64,000 bases of DNA from contig NIVC01000744.1 of assembly GCA_002269645.1 (NCBI GenBank), positions 1 through 64,000 on the forward strand, in the 5' to 3' direction. This stretch comes from Macrostomum lignano (Eukaryota). Shown here one piece after another: positions 58,346 to 64,000 of the stretch. Under the pieces are notes generated by a model. The model made no database searches. It was not told the DNA's origin and saw only the letters and a list, made by a program, of their open reading frames with translations. The number at the start of each line of letters is the position of its first letter. The first letter of the stretch is position 1. A program made the translations under genes and the position numbers.

Positions 58346-60182
58346 TTTAGTATATAGGAAGTCTGATTTTTGGTCCTGATTTTGTTTTAACAATCTCTAC
58401 CAGTAGAAGAGGGTTTTTTGAAGCTTTCAAGGCTTCAGTGAGAAGCTTGAATTGTTTTTAAAACAAATTTCAAAATTGTTTGGTTAAAGAATTCCGAAAA
58501 ATCTTAAAAGATTGGTGTCTTTCCTAGCTACTCCAAGTAGTGCATCCGTGTTGTTGTGAACAAGCTCGATTAATTTTTTTTAACAGCGACAGGGGGAATA
58601 AATGTTTTGAAGAAACTACATGTAGCTTTAACCTTGTAAAGTCGCTAGATTCTTAAAGAAAATAGTGCTTCAAGCATTGACAGCCAGCAATCTAGCCCAA
58701 GAATATCAGCATGCCCTGTCCTGTGACATCAAAAGTCACCTTTTAAGCCATGGCTTAACTTTCCCATTGATTCTTGGCCTACCAAAAACTCCAAATGGCC
58801 TTAACATCTGAACAATTCCCCGTGAAGCTCGGTCTCTAGAGCATTTTGGGTCTCTACTGCAGCTTTTAAATGCTGCTTTGATACTGTGACGTTGCTAGTT
58901 TAAGGTGGTCCCGCAAAAGGGCCGTTGGACTATAGTTTCTCTTGCAATTTCTCGTTTAAATTTCTCCAATAGTTTATTTTAACGTTTACTTGTAGTAGCG
59001 TGCAAATAATCTATATCAGTTGCTAATTCACTGTGTATTTGGTAGGCCTTGCGTTCGTCTGTAAATTTTAGCACGATCGATAATTTCAAGTTCTCTCGCC
59101 AGCCAATGAAAACTCTCCGTGTTTTATGCTAACCCTTCTGCGCTCTAATTATTAACCCCCGCCTGGCGGCGGGCTGGGGGCCTCCTCACTTCTCGCTTCT
59201 GGCTTCTGGCTTCGGCGTCTGGCTCTCGTTTTCCTTCTCTCTCTCCTGGCTGCCTCGAGCCTCCTTATCTCTCGCCACGGCTCCTCTGTCTGGGCCAGCC
59301 TGTTTACACACTGTACTCCACTGTGTACTGCCACGGCTAACGCCACTCTCACCGCTACTTATCTGCCTGTTTACTTACTACTCACTGCCTCCAATGTGCT
59401 CATCACCATCACTCACTACGTTGCGTCGCCATTGTATCCTTCGCCTGCTACTCGACTTCATCATTCTAAATTACCTTCAAAACCATTGTTGCAGCCGCCA
59501 GTGTCCCAAGCGCAATAAGTTTTGTATTGACATTAACCAGTTCTAATATTGATCTCAACAATAAATTAACTACGGCAGTTTCCTGCCCTTATACGCCAAG
59601 TGCTCCGCTACACAATCCGCTTTGCAAGAATTGACTTCGATTCATTTTGGGACTACAACGACTTACGACGATTCCCGTTAAACGGCCCTTTTAAGGGTCC
59701 CAGCCACCACGCCAATAACGTGACAGATACGTAAAATGTGTACAGTGTGCATGTATCCATTTGTAACTAGGTTAGTTGCGTTTTCGATACTGCATACATG
59801 TAATTTTTCTCGCAAAGTTAATACTTGTAGACGAGTATAGCTAGAAAGATTAGGCAATCCCTTCTGAGTAGATGAGAGCATCTTCTGTAAGAATTCTCTA
59901 AGGAGGACACATTTTAGTATTCTCGCAATAGAACTGCTCAGCACTGACCTGTAAAAACTGCTCATCGCGGTGCGCATCATAGCGCGAAAATATAATAAAA
60001 ATTGACACAGGTGCATCAGAAAATTATGCTACACTTCAAAAGATCTTAAATATGTATTTGAACTAAGCTGGATAAATCCCTCAAGAAAATATAGAGCTTG
60101 TTTAGAAAATTCATATGTTTGCTTAGGTTTCAATTTCGTCTTCATCTTCGTCTTCGTTTTCGTTTCGTCTTCTATTTTTGCA

Positions 60183-61329
60183 TCACAGGCTGCACGCACT
60201 CCGCAGCTGGTCGAACTGGGCCGCATCGAGGTTGCCAGTCAGCAGAGCCCAGCACTGCAGCCAGCCGTCGAACGGTTGGATTGCGGCTGACATGCAGCTG
60301 CCGATCAGAAGATTGTTGTGGACGTTGATAAAATTTCCTCCGACTACACTGGTCGATGTATCGATGGAATTTATCATGGACCCATTGTAGTAGGCGTTGA
60401 ATACGAAGTCCGTGCCTCCAAAGTTGATTCCAAAGCTCATCAGCCGCTCGACTGAGTCTCTAGCACAGCCACTTGTCCAGGTCTTGCTAATGTAAGTTCC
60501 AGAAGTAAACTGGACCCTAGCCTTGATGTTGCCGTCGCTTTTTATGTACAAATTAGTCGGATTTGTTGGGTTGTTGACATCGAGAAACGAGCTGATGCAC
60601 TTGTCGCTGAAACATTGTGCAGGTGGTCGAAGTTTGATAAATTAAATTCTTGCTTGGACTTGAGCGCAATTATTCAGTCACATACTCATACATAAATACT
60701 CACACAGAGTTGCAGGAAAACTTTCCCTGAAAGAACATGCTGTACTGCTTCCCAAATGCAAAATATTTGCTGAATTCGGCAGTCGAGACTTTCACGTAGG
60801 AGCCGCTCGAGCCCTGCAGACGAACTCCGTCGACTGGACTCTGCTCGGTGACGTTCACTGGTTCCGCCTGGTAAACTGATTGGTTGACGAAGTTTTTGAA
60901 GCTCTTCTTGAAGTTGTACCACAGCACGAAATTCGAGGACAAGTTCTGGATGACCGAAGCTTCCGACAGCGAGCTCGCAGGAGTGGCAGAAGTTGGCGCG
61001 CTCGGACCTACGGTGACTTCAGAAGCCAGCAGCCTTCTCCTAGCGACCATCCGGGACCCGCAGCTCCCGGTCGATGTCGGCATCGCAGACAACCTGTAGC
61101 AGACGGCCCTGTCTGTCAGGTACACAGACAGGCGACACTCGCCGCTGAGAGTGCAGAGCAGCGAGCACTCGGGCTCACTCGGCGCGGCCACAGCCTCAGC
61201 ATTCACAGGCTCCGTGGGGCAGTCGCTGGTCAGCAACTCAAACACTGCGGAGCCGTGCTCGAGTGCCACCGACTGGTACAGCACCAGCGAAAAAGCACAG
61301 GCAGTGAGCCAAATGACGGGTGAATTCAT
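60183..61329 (-). CDS. Secreted PAN/apple + LamG-like protein, copy B (exons 61329-60704, 60606-60183; 349 aa)
   Basis: Near-identical paralogue of copy A with the same intron. Lacks the 6 aa TAPSNP in the linker. Confidence 0.8.
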
Positions 61330-61506
61330 TATTAGATCAGTTTTATAACTGCATGTGCTTGTTGAGATTCTTGGAGAGAAACGACGTGTAGGAAATAATT
61401 CTCTTGGGAATCTGTTCAGGCTTTATCTTATTGGAAAGATACTTGCGAGGAACAAGGAAATTTCGTGTCGCATGCGATTGGAGGAAAAATTCCGGCATTA
61501 CTGCAG

Positions 61507-61841
61507 CAGGGGCGTCGCCATGGTGGGGGGACAAAGCCAAGAATTCTAGCTACATGTACGTCCATATACTCAAAATGGTTAGTCGCTGGGTATCTATCTA
61601 GGTATTTTCAGAATCGGTGTTGTCAGCTCTCTTTTTGGCGCTGCAGGCACTCATTAGCACCACAGGTACTAATTAGCGCCACAGGCACTCATTTTGGCGC
61701 CGCAGGTGCCTTGTTTTGTCCCCTGCAGCAAAAGTTTTGATTTCCATAACGGGTCGCAAGGTGGGATGGGGGGACAAAGCATTTGCATGACACCTTCATA
61801 TCTTTTACTGGGGGACATGCCCCCCGGTGTAACGGCCCCTG
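61507..61841. mobile_element. Probable MITE inserted upstream of PAN-LamG copy B
   Basis: CAGGGGC...GCCCCTG ends. Absent from the otherwise homologous upstream region of copy A. No TSD seen. Confidence 0.5.
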
Positions 61842-62593
61842 AGTGGAAGGCTCTGTGGTTGCTATGCAGGAAATAAAGAAGCCATTCTGTCGCTACCAAT
61901 ACTCGTCCGTTAGACCATATGTTTTTTTGCTTGAGCTGAGATGTTTTTTATCATAGAAAATGCAAAAGGATATTGAAAATGCTTTTAACATTTTCAGATA
62001 GGCGTTAAACATTAGGAAAAGAAATTTAAGAATGGCTTGGCTTTGCAGTACCTTTTAATAGAAATACGAGTAAGTTGTTTCTAAGTTGGGTCTAAGTTTT
62101 AAAGTGACCTAATACAATCACGACTCAGATGTGGCTCAGTGGACGCTGCTAGTGGCTCTGAATCATTAATTTTTAGTTTCGACATCGTCAAGGCAAGAGC
62201 TGCTCTACAAACAACTTATAATCAATAATTCAAATGTCACGATTGCAAACTATTCATCAATTTCCATCGGCAAACCGAAATAATGAAAATCAAACTTGAA
62301 GATTTGCTTTCGGGAAAACAATTTCTTTATTTGAACGTCTTTCTTTCTAGCACGCGCTGTCATCGCTTCGTTTTCTTCCTTTCGTTTTAGAATTAGCGCG
62401 CCCTGTGACGCTGACTTTTACCATCCTGACAGCGTATTTTGTTGTTGTTGTTGTCGTTTTAGAGTGCTTATTTTGGGCAGTAGTTTGGTGGTTGTTCTTC
62501 CTCCTAAAGCAAAATATTGGCTAATTTTCAGTATATTCTTCAACCAGAAAAAGGCTGCTTCTAAAGCGTAAAAATTCGTCTGAAACGTTTACC

Positions 62594-62864
62594 CAGGAGC
62601 GGATTTAGGGGGGCGGGGGGGACGGCGCCCCCCCCCCAAATAGCTTGACAGAACATATTGCGCCCCCAAAAACCTGAGTTTGCGCCCCCTAAACTTGATT
62701 TTTCGCCCCCAAAAGACATTTTTTGGCGCCCCTAAGCTTGACTTTTCGCCCCATACACGCATTTTTGACGCCCCTAGCTTAAAAATTGGCGCCTCTTATA
62801 CTCGTGTTGGCGCCCCAAACTTGGACCGCCCCCCCCCCAAAATGAAAATCTAGATCCGCCACTG
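62594..62864. mobile_element. hAT-type MITE, 271 bp
   Basis: Imperfect TIRs CAGGAGCGGATTTAG / CTAGATCCGCCACTG. Perfect 8-bp TSD CGTTTACC (62586-62593, 62865-62872). Internal CGCCCC repeats. Confidence 0.9.
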
Positions 62865-64000
62865 CGTTTACCCTTTGGGCTTTTATTCTAATGAAGCGAT
62901 CGTTTCTATTTTCTACACCCAAGCCAGCCTCACCCAGGGCCATCTATTCCATAGCGACAGGGCAGCAGGGAGGGCCCGGACCCCACGCTTCATCGGATGC
63001 ACCACTGGGACTTACGATGTCGCTGAATAGCCTGGGATTCTAAACCCCGACATGCAGCTGAGTTTGCGCAGCAAAACCCTGCTCAGCGTCCTGTCGAATA
63101 AACAACTCAAATTTCCTGGATGTTTTCGAAACTTCCGGAATCAAACGGTCTGGAATTTCTTGCGACTTTTGTTTCAATACTTCCCGTTTGTGCTATGGCT
63201 TCCTGCAATGTTGTGAAGCCTAGTCCTTGTCAGCTTAAGAATAATTCGAGCTATTCAGACAGTGAGAAAACTGCTTCTTCATTCTTTATTTCCACTATGC
63301 AGCTCCCGCAAGGGTTTGGGATTGAGTCAAAAGATGACTGTCTGAAAGCTGGTCAAAATCTCTGGAAGAAGTTTTGCAAATTTTGCGAGCAATCTCTGAC
63401 AGTAGCTATTACGTCGTAATATGAGTCTTGAACAGTCTAAAAGCATCCATCCACCAATATATGCGCACTTCTCATAATGCACATCTGGGTCAGATCCTAA
63501 CGGAAGTGCACCAATGTACTCGTAATACTTGTATTGCTGCGCGCACCGACAAGAATTACAATTGGAACGATGCTAGAACGCTGGAAGAATCTAGCACGCT
63601 GACGAGTGCGTCAATAATGTAGTAGAGGCCGGGGCTGTTGCCCCCAGGACCCCAGGTCCTGCACGCAATGGCGTGGTGAACTATCTGTGCAGTATGAGAC
63701 TGGTATGGCCTCTATCCCAGCCAGCGATGCTCACACCTGCCTCTCCTGGCGGGCTGATAGCTCACGAGACTCTGTCTCCTGATTTTCACCTTGCAAGGCG
63801 CACTTCGAAGGGTACTCGTCCCGTGGGTGTTAAGGCAGGCTCTTGGGCCTCGCCGAGCTGATTCATTAGCGCCGGGTCCTGGTGTGACCATATAAACGCA
63901 CCCTCTAATGTCCCAGTGTAACTCCGTGCTCATGGACGCTTGGCCAGGGAGTAGTCTGGTCGCTAACGGTTCCCCTTGCGCTTTTGGGTCCCCCCGCAGG

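Noticed and set aside
59152-59352. Arg/Glu-rich 66-aa ORF on the - strand
   Set aside because: Short, low-complexity, with no splice or family support.
63590-63900. CTGACGAG and reverse-strand CTAATGA as possible ribozyme cores; GC-richer block at the window end
   Set aside because: The required helices and GAAA could not be assembled. It may be the start of an element beyond the window, but nothing is diagnosable.

Overview
Eukaryotic (metazoan) genomic DNA: GC-rich spliced exons, introns packed with minisatellites, and many mobile elements. The style suggests a flatworm such as Macrostomum, but that is inference only. Host genes: a 9-exon Diaphanous-type formin (1674-9582,+), a 4-exon core-1 beta1,3-galactosyltransferase (11991-15370,+), a secreted fibrinogen-domain protein (30877-32045,-), two tandem paralogues of a secreted PAN/apple + LamG-like protein (53692-54856 and 60183-61329,-), an orphan 493-aa ORF and a possible ankyrin gene piece. 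Main mobile elements: (1) a 12.5-kb Polinton/Maverick (adintovirus-like) endogenous virus at 17689-30155, with 417-bp TIRs, a near-perfect 6-bp TSD, pPolB, integrase, packaging ATPase, truncated capsid, parvovirus-type PLA2 and a pX-like core protein; (2) a chimeric retroelement at ~37040-41370, in which a DIRS/Ngaro-type gag and RT-RNaseH are fused in one frame to a Ty3/Gypsy RT-RNaseH-integrase, with a canonical -1 frameshift signal at the gag/pol junction; (3) a full-length DD34D mariner, a Gypsy gag-protease remnant, a tRNA-derived SINE and hAT-type MITEs. All coordinates and motifs were read by eye. No database searches were run.
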